Virus record (IMG/VR): IMGVR_UViG_3300032004_000002
Coordinates: 1-64,000 of that record
Strand: one strand, 5' to 3'
Length of the DNA: 64,000 nucleotides
DNA from: a virus
Taxonomy: Duplodnaviria; Caudoviricetes
The number at the start of each line of letters is the position of its first letter. The stretch's first letter is position 1. The position numbers were made by a program, and so were the translations under genes. The notes under the pieces were generated by a model that was given only the letters and a program-made list of their open reading frames with translations, made no database searches and was not told where the DNA came from. Below, one piece after another: positions 20,718 to 29,178 of this stretch.

Positions 20718-20746
20718 TTATTAAATTTCCTTTATTAGAATTCAGA

Positions 20747-21148
20747 TTAAACCGCTACCAGCACATCTACGCCTTGGGCGTTGAGTTGGGCAGTAACGAT
20801 GGACATCTGAGCAGTAGAGATACCGTTGACAGATTTCAGGAGGAAGTCGCTAACTTGTGCAGGACCGCGATACATCACCAGACCAAGACCAGCAGAAGCA
20901 AGAGTAAAGGTAGGACGGATGTCGTAATGGTCGCCAAGTACGATACCCAAAACAGAACCAGCAGGCACAGCAGCACCAGCAACGTATTTAGCAAAAGTTG
21001 CAGTGAGGGCAGTACCAACAACCAAAGTACCCAACGGGTAGGTGCCAGCGGCCAAGGTTACTTCTTCACGGCAGTAACCATCAGCAGGAGAAAACTCACG
21101 GACAACCAGATCACCGAGGACACGGATGTTAAAATCAGTAAGAGGCAT
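20747..21148 (-). CDS. head decoration protein
   Basis: 133 aa between scaffold and MCP; YCREEVTL, YRGPA motifs. Confidence 0.75.
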   Translation of the reverse strand: MPLTDFNIRVLGDLVVREFSPADGYCREEVTLAAGTYPLGTLVVGTALTATFAKYVAGAAVPAGSVLGIVLGDHYDIRPTFTLASAGLGLVMYRGPAQVSDFLLKSVNGISTAQMSIVTAQLNAQGVDVLVAV

Positions 21149-22128
21149 TATTTACCTTCCTTTTTATTGAACTTTTCTTGATAGGATTTGGTCAGAGCGG
21201 CAACGCCGTCTTCTTCAGTTTCAGTGACAGTTTCACCACTAACACCTTGCTCTTTAAACATGTCACTTTCTTCAACAGCTTTTTTATCTTTAGCCATTGC
21301 TTTAACAACAGTTTCAAAAGCTTCGGTGCTCAATGCCTCAGTAGATTTGTAGAGAACTTCTACCTCATCTTCAGCAACACCTGCTTCTTTCAACAGTACC
21401 TTGCGGCCTTTTTCGACAGATTCTTTTTCTTTAGCTTGCAAGTTTTTAACAACCTCATGGGCAGCATCCAACTCAGCTTGTTTTGCAACCAATTCTTGTT
21501 CTTTTTCTTCTACGGCTTTTGCAACAGCAGCTTCTACTGCCTTGCTCAGCTCCTTTTCATGAACTGCTTTAGTTACGAACTCGGACATTTCTTTACCTTT
21601 ATTTTTGGTCTTTTCCACAGAGGGAGAGGTTGTATCAATTGATACAGTTACGCCCTCTTTCGAGGACAATGCTTGTTCAAACTTCTTCTGCGTTTCAAGA
21701 AGTAGGAGCAATTCTTCAGGCTTAAGATTGGCAATACCTTTATTAATCTCAGCCTCATTTTTATCCATAATCAAGGATTTCATTAGAGTGACAGCTTCAA
21801 CTCGCTCATCTAGCCACTCTTGATACCAACTAACATAATCTTCTGTATCTTGCTCTTCTTCAACATCAAGACCCATGATACGAGCTAGGACAACTGCATC
21901 GTCATACCAAAGGTCAAAGAATGTGGTGAGAAAGTCTACAATATTCATTTCAACTTGAACCATTGTAGCTTTTTCTACTTGATCTTCAGTAATGTCTTTT
22001 GTGGCTTTTGTAAGGAGGGTGGTTACACCATTGGCTGGACCACCTTGATGCTTTCCAACCAGAGCCACATGACTACCCATACCTTCAAAGTTAAAGTTAG
22101 ATAGCCGCTTGCGTGCTTGTTCTGTCAT
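21148..22128 (-). CDS. scaffold-like head assembly protein
   Basis: HVALVGKHQGGPANG N-terminus and a coiled-coil acidic C-terminus; real start likely ATG 22128 (TAATG overlap). Confidence 0.6.
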   Translation of the reverse strand: MTEQARKRLSNFNFEGMGSHVALVGKHQGGPANGVTTLLTKATKDITEDQVEKATMVQVEMNIVDFLTTFFDLWYDDAVVLARIMGLDVEEEQDTEDYVSWYQEWLDERVEAVTLMKSLIMDKNEAEINKGIANLKPEELLLLLETQKKFEQALSSKEGVTVSIDTTSPSVEKTKNKGKEMSEFVTKAVHEKELSKAVEAAVAKAVEEKEQELVAKQAELDAAHEVVKNLQAKEKESVEKGRKVLLKEAGVAEDEVEVLYKSTEALSTEAFETVVKAMAKDKKAVEESDMFKEQGVSGETVTETEEDGVAALTKSYQEKFNKKEGK

Positions 22129-22586
22129 TAAAGTTCTTCCACAGTAGCGCGGCAACCAATACTAACACCGCAAATATCACCTGATTTAACTTGTTTCCAT
22201 AGTTTTTCACTTTCAACATCTTGTTCAGGAAAATGCCACCATTGGAGCCAAGTACCTTTTTTAATCATTCGTCCATCATCCAATACAAAATCAGAGGGTG
22301 AAATAAATGATTGTTCAATTTTTGCAGTTTCAATCTGAACTTGATGGAAGAGGTTGGCTTTATTACAATGAGTATTGAAGTTAATACAAGCTTTTTCAAC
22401 TTCCTCAGCAGAGTAAATGTCGCCATGCAAGTCTACTGTCTCAGGTTCAAGAACAACAAATAGTGCTCTTCGTTCTTCAATGTCAATTGACTTTGTAACT
22501 TCTACAACCGGTTCTGACTTGTCTTTAGATCCGCCAAAGAATTTCTCTAGGAGTTCATAAAGCTTTTCAGATTTAGATTCACTCAT
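22128..22586 (-). CDS. prohead protease (XkdF-like)
   Basis: VLEPETVDLHGD, ANLFH, GVSIGC motifs; follows the portal. Confidence 0.7.
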   Translation of the reverse strand: MSESKSEKLYELLEKFFGGSKDKSEPVVEVTKSIDIEERRALFVVLEPETVDLHGDIYSAEEVEKACINFNTHCNKANLFHQVQIETAKIEQSFISPSDFVLDDGRMIKKGTWLQWWHFPEQDVESEKLWKQVKSGDICGVSIGCRATVEEL

Positions 22587-24175
22587 TTGAAATCCTCTGC
22601 ATCTTCTTTCATAAATTTATATTTCTTTCCATTCACTTCGATAATTTCAAAGTCTTCATCCGTTGATTTAAACAACGATTTGTTCTCAGTGTTAGCTGTA
22701 GAGCTGTCCCCTGAGCTTCCGGATGAGTTCCCTGTCCCGTTATTAAGGCCGCTTTCCATTCCTTTACCGGAGTTCGAAGTATTATCTGGTAGATAATCAG
22801 TTAAAGGATCTTCATCAATAGCGTGTGGCTTAGCGCCCACAGATTGACGTGTAATATTAAGCACCTCACGATCCAACTCAATAGCACCAGTTGCTGCATA
22901 ACGTTGAATGGCTTTAGAGAGAATATCAAGATCAGTCTCTTGAACTTCTTCATATTGCCAGTAAGGAAGTTCTCCTTCTAAATCCCAACCATTCATTTTG
23001 AATAGAAGATCACGCAGTTCCTTAAGGGTCTCTTGCATTCCCATAAGTTTATCTTCGACTGCCATGACAACCAAACCACGTTTGGTGTCAGACAAACTAA
23101 AAGAGCCTACAGAGTTTTGACCCATCTGGAGAATATCAGCCCATAGAGACTGAAGGATGATGCTGTTGTAACGACCGATGATTGCGTTAGTATCAAAACG
23201 ATTACTGCCTGTAGATGTTACAAGGTCAAATTCAAATTCAAGGTTGCCCTTCTCATCACGGTCGCTTGGCACAACCACAGATGCTTGTTCATTAGCTTGA
23301 ATATTACGACCAATATTCATATAAGCTTCATATGCAGCTTTTTTATCTTCGCTAGCACCTTCAGCCATATACTCGGAAGGAATCTTAAACCGAGGAATAC
23401 CGTTCAAATCACGAGACAGACTTACAGCTTCGTGTTCCTCAATCTTTGTACGGTATTTCCAAGCGTAATAACATTTTAGAAGAGGACTAGTACCCATCGG
23501 GTTTCCACGGGTAGAGTCACAAGTAAAGTTCAGAAGCTTATTTTTACGAATAAAAACTTCGTCAATACTTGTGGCTTTACCACCATTGAATCCACCATAA
23601 AAGTCAAGAATGCCTTTTGGGTTTTGCCAAAATCCTAGAAATGTACGACCATCTTCTGAAAATTCAGCGCGACTAATTGTATCTTGTGAGCGAATTGGAA
23701 GCTTTCTAACCCCTACCAATCCATCGTCATATTTACTTCCGTTAACTTTCAGCCTTTTACGTAGAACAATTTCATGTGGTGCAAAACCGTAGGTATAAAA
23801 ACTCACAGCTTCCTTAATAAAGGAATACCAAGAATGTTCCATGTCATCTTGAACTTGCTTAAGGTAGACCGCTTTTTTCTTAATATCTTCTGAAGCATCT
23901 TGTGGAATGTGAACAGACCACTTAACACGGCTCATCATCATCTGAAACAAGTCAAGACCGGAGGAGATTGTTGCATCACGGCTCATGTTCTTGAATGTTT
24001 TAGCTGCTTGGGGATATTGAAGCTCTTTACGAGATTCTTCTAGAATTTGACCGTTAATTTGTTTAAGGCCGATTGCACCGGTTTCACTATAAGGGATGCG
24101 AGGAATGGACTCAGATCCTTGAGTGAGGTCTAGGCTTTCAGCAGCTTTCTTAACGCGTGCCATAGGCATCACCAA
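22583..24175 (-). CDS. portal protein
   Basis: 530 aa after terminase; YGFAPHEIV, NPMGTSPLLKCY, GSFSLS motifs. Confidence 0.85.
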   Translation of the reverse strand: MVMPMARVKKAAESLDLTQGSESIPRIPYSETGAIGLKQINGQILEESRKELQYPQAAKTFKNMSRDATISSGLDLFQMMMSRVKWSVHIPQDASEDIKKKAVYLKQVQDDMEHSWYSFIKEAVSFYTYGFAPHEIVLRKRLKVNGSKYDDGLVGVRKLPIRSQDTISRAEFSEDGRTFLGFWQNPKGILDFYGGFNGGKATSIDEVFIRKNKLLNFTCDSTRGNPMGTSPLLKCYYAWKYRTKIEEHEAVSLSRDLNGIPRFKIPSEYMAEGASEDKKAAYEAYMNIGRNIQANEQASVVVPSDRDEKGNLEFEFDLVTSTGSNRFDTNAIIGRYNSIILQSLWADILQMGQNSVGSFSLSDTKRGLVVMAVEDKLMGMQETLKELRDLLFKMNGWDLEGELPYWQYEEVQETDLDILSKAIQRYAATGAIELDREVLNITRQSVGAKPHAIDEDPLTDYLPDNTSNSGKGMESGLNNGTGNSSGSSGDSSTANTENKSLFKSTDEDFEIIEVNGKKYKFMKEDAEDFK

Positions 24176-24205
24176 TAGGCATCAAGTCGTGCCTCCTTAT
24201 ATTTA

Positions 24206-25651
24206 TTAAAGTCTAAATTCATTTATCTTTGTGTACACAGGAACTGCGAATGCTGGTATAATCTTTCTTGTGTTGGCGGCTTCAAATGCGTCTGCACAAG
24301 CATCAAACATGTCATTGAACCCTACCCTTGTATTTGAAGGATCTACACGCTCAAGTTCATCAAAAAAAGTATCATTATTTTGGTAAATTTTGTTTTCAAG
24401 ATCGTTGGTACAACCTTTAACGATACTCACCATACCAGCTTGACAAGCCGCTCCAAACGGCCCGAATCTCTGAACCTTGCCTCCACGGCCGGCGACAGGC
24501 ATTGCTTTTGCAGTTACATTATGAGAGACTAATGTTTTAATAATTTCAGCACAATAAGCAGATCCACCTACACCCGGATCTTTAGGGATATATTGTGTAA
24601 CTTCAGGACCGTCCCTTAAAGAGGTTTCTAAAATCAGCTTCATCACATCGCCATGTCTTCCACGATAGCGGATAACGTCCTCGATTGTATATTCACCATC
24701 TTCACTGCGTGAAATAAGAACTGACGCTGTGAAGTCAGGTCGAAGATTATTTTCCGATACAAGGCTGCAAGCTAAGTCCCATGCTCTAACACGAGTACAT
24801 TTTTTAATCTGTGGGAAGTCCACAGTTCGCACCCATGTTCTTTGAAAAAGAGATGAGGATTCTTCTTTGGCATACCATGACCCGTCCAAAAGTCGAGCGC
24901 GTTCGACACGAGGAAGAGACTGAAGTTTGCTAAGGTATGTAGGATCGCGCTCCATAAGAACCGGATTATCTGTGCATTTAGCCGGTACAAATGCGAACGA
25001 CATAGGGCCACAATTGACACCATATTGTTCTATAAGTTCTTCTTTAGTTTTACGCCAGATCATGTCATTGCCCATGCGGACAAACCACATTTTAACACCT
25101 GCCATAGACTCTAGAGGAATTCCGTCTTCATCCAAATAGCCTGCATTTTCTAACCAAACACGAAGAAAGGACTCATAGAGGGGGTTACAGGTCCCAAGCA
25201 TCTGAGGTTGCATCCCTGCATCTGTACGCATACGGGAGATAAAATAAACTACCTGAGATTCTTCAAACTGCTGCATTTCATCTAGGAGGAAAGCACTTAC
25301 TTGCCAACCCTGTAGGTTGTATTTATCTTTCTCTTGTTCACATCCTCGGGCTACAATAGTTGCTTTGGATGGGAACACAAACTTAACTTCTTTGGTCTTT
25401 GCTACTGCACCAAACTCATGATACATCTCTTGACCTGTTTCCCAGATACCTCCGGGACCAGTAATCTGCGGCATAACTCGCCGCATCATTACTCCACGAA
25501 ACTTTGGAAGATGTACCCACTTGAGCATTGCCATAACGCCCAAAAATGATTTTCCTGCTCCGGCTGCTCCACCAAATACTACAATGTCTGCATCATTGTT
25601 TAAAAACATTTCTTGTTTGCGGCTTTTTGGGCCAAGGGTGCTATCAGACAT
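24206..25651 (-). CDS. terL: terminase large subunit
   Basis: Walker A GGAAGAGKS, LLDEMQQF, TCNP; nuclease RAWDLA and DMFDACAD motifs. Confidence 0.95.
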   Translation of the reverse strand: MSDSTLGPKSRKQEMFLNNDADIVVFGGAAGAGKSFLGVMAMLKWVHLPKFRGVMMRRVMPQITGPGGIWETGQEMYHEFGAVAKTKEVKFVFPSKATIVARGCEQEKDKYNLQGWQVSAFLLDEMQQFEESQVVYFISRMRTDAGMQPQMLGTCNPLYESFLRVWLENAGYLDEDGIPLESMAGVKMWFVRMGNDMIWRKTKEELIEQYGVNCGPMSFAFVPAKCTDNPVLMERDPTYLSKLQSLPRVERARLLDGSWYAKEESSSLFQRTWVRTVDFPQIKKCTRVRAWDLACSLVSENNLRPDFTASVLISRSEDGEYTIEDVIRYRGRHGDVMKLILETSLRDGPEVTQYIPKDPGVGGSAYCAEIIKTLVSHNVTAKAMPVAGRGGKVQRFGPFGAACQAGMVSIVKGCTNDLENKIYQNNDTFFDELERVDPSNTRVGFNDMFDACADAFEAANTRKIIPAFAVPVYTKINEFRL

Positions 25652-25663
25652 TGTTTCTCCGGT

Positions 25664-26029
25664 TTAAGATTCTTCCTTTTCAAAAGTAAGGAGATATTCA
25701 CGAATCATTTGTTGGCAATCTCGACCTGTGACGCCTCGTTCTTTAACGATCGGTCTGAGTTCTTGAATGGTCAATGTTTCTAGGTACTCTTTACCATACT
25801 GAACTTCAATAGGCCAAACTCGCAAACCATTTGCCATATCGTCTTCAAGAAACTCTTCAGTCTCTACATAAAGCATGGCTTTATTAGGGAAAGTGTTTTT
25901 ATTCGGATATTTAGTATCCAATTTACCACCCATATTTGCAAATCGTACCACTTGATGTAGAAACATCATACCAGCAGCATCTGTAGCTTTAAGCTCAACA
26001 TTATACTTATTCATATCTACTCTCTTCAA
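25664..26029 (-). CDS. hypothetical protein with a possible C-terminal HeH/SAP-like motif
   Basis: LETLTIQELRPIVKERGV resembles HeH/SAP motifs; has its own sigma70 promoter. Confidence 0.45.
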   Translation of the reverse strand: MKRVDMNKYNVELKATDAAGMMFLHQVVRFANMGGKLDTKYPNKNTFPNKAMLYVETEEFLEDDMANGLRVWPIEVQYGKEYLETLTIQELRPIVKERGVTGRDCQQMIREYLLTFEKEES

Positions 26030-26049
26030 TTAACTAACTTAATAAGAGA

Positions 26050-26078
26050 ATATTAACCTACAAGTTCTTATACGTCAA
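26050..26078 (-). promoter_or_regulatory. sigma70-like promoter TTGACG-17-TAATAT
   Basis: Upstream of 26029 and the terminase operon. Confidence 0.6.
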
Positions 26079-26123
26079 GTATTATTTTAATAAAAATATA
26101 TAAATCGATAAATAAAATAAATA

Positions 26124-26188
26124 GCCCTGTCATACACAACCGGGCATCAGTTGTAGGATGAGCTTCATACCTGAAGCCGTAGCATGAC
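26124..26188 (-). ncRNA. candidate three-way-junction/pseudoknot RNA element
   Basis: P1 GUCAUGC/GUAUGAC, P2 GGCUUCA/UGAAGCU, P3 ACAAC/GUUGU; loop GCCC can pair with the 3' GGGC. Confidence 0.45.
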
Positions 26189-26203
26189 TTACGTGATTTT
26201 ACT

Positions 26204-27451
26204 TTACAAAAGAACTTCTTGCGAAGACTGGAATGTAAAGGTAGGTGTTCCTGTTACGTTAACAGTTCTCAGGCGTACATATTTGCCTGCCGGAATAATA
26301 CCAGATAAGTTGGCTGTTCCTAGGTTTGTAATACTCAACACACCACCGGTTGATTGACCACTTGAACCAACAACTGTTACCCCGGTTGTAAATCCAATTT
26401 CGTTAGCATACTCAAGATAAACACGTCCCGATGTGCCAGCGATTAATACGGCAGCAACAGTTATATCTACAGAATAACTTACCTGTGCATCTTGTGTAGA
26501 ACTAATCTGAAATGCTGTGTTAAGTGTACGTGCCGGATTGGTAAATGTTCTTACCGGAGCACTGTAATTAGGAACATTCAATACACCAGTTGTGCTATTG
26601 TATGTTGCGGCCCCCGTTGTTCCCGTAGTAGTTAAACTTACAGAAGTTCTTGCTCCGGATTGAGTAATATAACTATTGGGGTTAGTAGTTCCGTTATATG
26701 GAGTATAGCCCAACGCTGTAGATACTTGACTACTACTAATATTTGTCAGATAACCAGCGTCATTTGTAAATGCACTAACAGCAGTTGGAACTGTAGGGAT
26801 AGCTGGGAATGTAGCCAAACTGCCATCACCACGAAGATACTGAGTGGTAGTGCCTACAGGAGTATTAAACTTAGTAGAAAGACCGTTTGTCAATGCTGTT
26901 GTTGTAGCATATCCAGCAAGACTAGTACTCAACGCAGATTGACTCACAGCATCTGTGATCCCATAACCAGATACAGTTGTTGGTGTGGCTGTAATAGTTG
27001 ACCAAGCTTGTGTATGGGCTGCGGGAGTAAAGGTGGAAGGTTTGTTGAGCAATACTCCTAAACCACTAACAGCATTCCAATCAGTCTGGACTTGAGCAGG
27101 GGGCGAAGGAACCTGAGAAAGGGTTATGTATCCAGCATCATTTGTAAGTTCGGAAACATTTTCAGGAATTTCAATTCCTAACATTCCCCTGATCATTTGC
27201 TCAGAATTAGATGCTATGATTTGTTGGGCTAGCGGACTGAATGTGAATGGCTTGAAATTTGAAGACGAGTCAGTGCCCATCAGTACAGAAGGTATCTTCA
27301 TACTGGGGACTACAAATCCACTACCTTCCATTTGGTTTGAGCTATTTTTATAGAACAACTCATTTACAGGCATTTCTGCAAGGAAGGTATCCAAACGAGG
27401 GTCGGTTACAGAACCACCACCTTTAACGGGTCTTTGGGGTCCAATAGCCAT
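26204..27451 (-). CDS. virion fibre-like protein outside the tail module
   Basis: TNDAGY repeats, QTDWN, LNKPSTF, PTTVSGYGITDA motifs typical of phage fibre shafts. Confidence 0.6.
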   Translation of the reverse strand: MAIGPQRPVKGGGSVTDPRLDTFLAEMPVNELFYKNSSNQMEGSGFVVPSMKIPSVLMGTDSSSNFKPFTFSPLAQQIIASNSEQMIRGMLGIEIPENVSELTNDAGYITLSQVPSPPAQVQTDWNAVSGLGVLLNKPSTFTPAAHTQAWSTITATPTTVSGYGITDAVSQSALSTSLAGYATTTALTNGLSTKFNTPVGTTTQYLRGDGSLATFPAIPTVPTAVSAFTNDAGYLTNISSSQVSTALGYTPYNGTTNPNSYITQSGARTSVSLTTTGTTGAATYNSTTGVLNVPNYSAPVRTFTNPARTLNTAFQISSTQDAQVSYSVDITVAAVLIAGTSGRVYLEYANEIGFTTGVTVVGSSGQSTGGVLSITNLGTANLSGIIPAGKYVRLRTVNVTGTPTFTFQSSQEVLL

Positions 27452-27729
27452 TATTGTTCACCATCATTAACCATGATCACTACACGTCCAGCAGACGTGC
27501 AACGAATCCAAACACCTGATAAAGTTCCATCAAGATAAACAGTAGCATTAGAGGCAACCGAATACCCATCTGTTGTGGTCACTGGGGTGCTTGGTCTCAC
27601 TTGGATTAAAAATGGGGCCGTGATCTTATTTTGAATAATAAGAGGTTGACCAACAGTAATACCGGTAGCAGAATAAATCTCTGTCCAAACACCGGCAACA
27701 AGTTGTAAATCAGGTAAAGTATTTGCCAC
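27451..27729 (-). CDS. hypothetical, probably a virion accessory protein
   Basis: 92 aa beta-rich ORF translationally coupled to the fibre gene. Confidence 0.5.
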   Translation of the reverse strand: MANTLPDLQLVAGVWTEIYSATGITVGQPLIIQNKITAPFLIQVRPSTPVTTTDGYSVASNATVYLDGTLSGVWIRCTSAGRVVIMVNDGEQ

Positions 27730-27779
27730 TTTAAAACACCTTTTATTATTTTATTTAGAGGTGTCTTGTACTGAGGAAT

Positions 27780-28156
27780 TATAGCCTATAGACAGACAGC
27801 ATAGGCTTTTGGTTGGGCAGCCTCTCTGCTTTGAATCAACCGACCATACTTCATAAATGATTGGTTATAGTATAGTTGATTAGTCTCCCACGCTACCTTG
27901 GAACTAACCTCTGCCTCTACACAATAAGAAGCTCTCACCACTGATCGTCTTTCCGATCTGCCATTTATTTGATCACCTCTTCATTTAAGCATAAACCTAA
28001 ATGGTTAGAATTCCCCGATGGGTATCAGCACAAAGGTGCATAACGGCTCTAACATCACCTACACGTCTTTCCGTAAGTGTCATTTACAACAGACCCCGCC
28101 AGAGGTCTTAAGGTGAGAACTAGGCAGCTCTCGATACCAGACCGCAGTCTGATTCT
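27780..28156 (-). ncRNA. candidate large structured ncRNA (~370 nt)
   Basis: No ORF; many nested stems; two identical C-GGAAAGAC-G loops; terminal AGCCUAU/AUAGGCU hairpin. Confidence 0.6.
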
Positions 28157-28576
28157 TTATTCACCATCATCTTCGTCATTAGGATCAATATATACTAGTG
28201 ACAATCGAGGTTTACTTTGTTCTGCTACTTCTTCTACGGTTGGTTCATCAATTTCAGCTTCGTCCCTTTTCCCTTTAAGACGTGCTTGAAAGTTACCAAG
28301 CTCATCTTGAGATGCAGAACGAGTCATTGTGACAATTGCTGAAAGCAACCACTTAGCACTTGAGAGACTTTCTGAGTTAACTTCCATCTCATTAAGACTG
28401 CGATCAACCAAAGCAATTGCTACATCTTCACGCTCTTGAAGTTTCTCGGCCAACTTACGAAGCTTGGATTTATTAACACGAACCTTACTATTTCCCTTCA
28501 AATTTTGGTTGGACTCTTCAGCACCAAACCTATTCTTAGGGCTAGGATTTCTATTTGTAGTTTTCTTAGTAGTCAT
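28157..28576 (-). CDS. hypothetical, possible terminase small subunit
   Basis: Basic NPSPKNRFG..NQN.KG N-terminus, helical core, acidic tail; upstream of the terminase operon. Confidence 0.4.
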   Translation of the reverse strand: MTTKKTTNRNPSPKNRFGAEESNQNLKGNSKVRVNKSKLRKLAEKLQEREDVAIALVDRSLNEMEVNSESLSSAKWLLSAIVTMTRSASQDELGNFQARLKGKRDEAEIDEPTVEEVAEQSKPRLSLVYIDPNDEDDGE

Positions 28577-28600
28577 GAGATTACCTATTTGTAAATAATA

Positions 28601-28790
28601 TTTCTTAAATACACTCTATTACAGAATGTCTGTGTTCACTACGTGAGGAATGTATTTAAGAAAGCTCACTTATCACGGGAGAGAACATAATAAGTGAGCG
28701 AATAACCAAACAATCCGAAGAGGAGGAGAGAAAAGATTGTTTGGTTAGGAAGACAAAGCTATGTTATAGAATTTCTACTTAGGCTTTGTC
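28601..28790 (-). repeat. array of four abutting perfect inverted repeats (13, 10, 13, 8 bp stems)
   Basis: 28601-613/28651-663; 28664-673/28690-699; 28703-715/28735-747; 28752-759/28783-790. Confidence 0.85.
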
Positions 28791-28798
28791 GGGAGAAA

Positions 28799-28884
28799 TG
28801 GTGGTTGAAGGAAGGAATTGAACCTCTAGCCTTGGCGCCGGATTTACAGTCCAGTGATAGTAGCCATCTATCTCTACATCAACC
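28799..28884 (-). tRNA. tRNA-Tyr(GUA), non-canonical
   Basis: Anticodon arm CUGGA-CUGUAAA-UCCGG, T-loop UUCAAUU, encoded ACCA end; 13-nt acceptor+T 3' strand. Confidence 0.75.
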
Positions 28885-29009
28885 AATAAATAATCCTAGC
28901 GTCTGCTAGGCTACGGCGAAGTACTACACTACCTCTCGCCCTGTCTTGCTCCGTGATTATCTCCATGATAATTCTGCACCGAAGACTTTATGTTCACGTT
29001 AAACACTAC

Positions 29010-29084
29010 AAGCCCTCAAGGGGAGACTCAATAAACTCCGTCAAGTTTAAGGAGTGGATTACCACTATCTACAACAAGGGGCTC
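29010..29084 (-). pseudogene. highly degenerate tRNA-like element
   Basis: 75 nt, GAGCCC/GGGCUU terminal stem, D-loop-like AGUGGUA, ACUCC/GGAGU stem; no T-loop. Confidence 0.3.
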
Positions 29085-29099
29085 AAAGGCCTATACACG

Positions 29100-29178
29100 A
29101 AAACAAGATGAAGGGTTCGAACCTTCGGATGCCTCAGTATTGGGTTTGCAGAACCCACTGCTTGCATTCTATCTGCGT
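29100..29178 (-). pseudogene. pseudo-tRNA (Cys/Ala-like anticodon arm)
   Basis: Perfect T-arm GAAGG-UUCGAAC-CCUUC, UGGGU-UCUGCAA-ACCCA arm; bulged acceptor, no CCA. Confidence 0.55.

Noticed and set aside
19626-21642. Long + strand ORFs (162, 205, 135, 154 aa) opposite the capsid genes
   Set aside because: Antisense shadows of strongly codon-biased genes; no RBS or recognisable motifs.
22128-22586. DNA methyltransferase label sometimes given to this gene class
   Set aside because: No SAM-binding or catalytic MTase motifs; position and motifs fit a prohead protease.
26124-26188. Hammerhead or HDV/theta ribozyme assignment
   Set aside because: CUGAUG is not followed by A and there is no GAAA; the HDV P2 3' strand (AGGAUG) and P4 are absent downstream. 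Kept only as an unclassified structure.
27840-27890. Group I intron core (GAGACUA ... GAAGUAUGGUC resembling R/S elements)
   Set aside because: No credible P3/P8; the same bases form a more stable 13-bp hairpin; no interrupted gene flanks it.
1352-28600. T4-like TATAAATA late promoter consensus
   Set aside because: TAAATA occurs before only the portal and the 27729 gene, which is expected by chance in AT-rich spacers.
28601-28790. CRISPR or TIGR-like array
   Set aside because: Stems share no repeated sequence, no box C/D-like motifs were seen, and there is no Cas or Nop-domain gene in the window.
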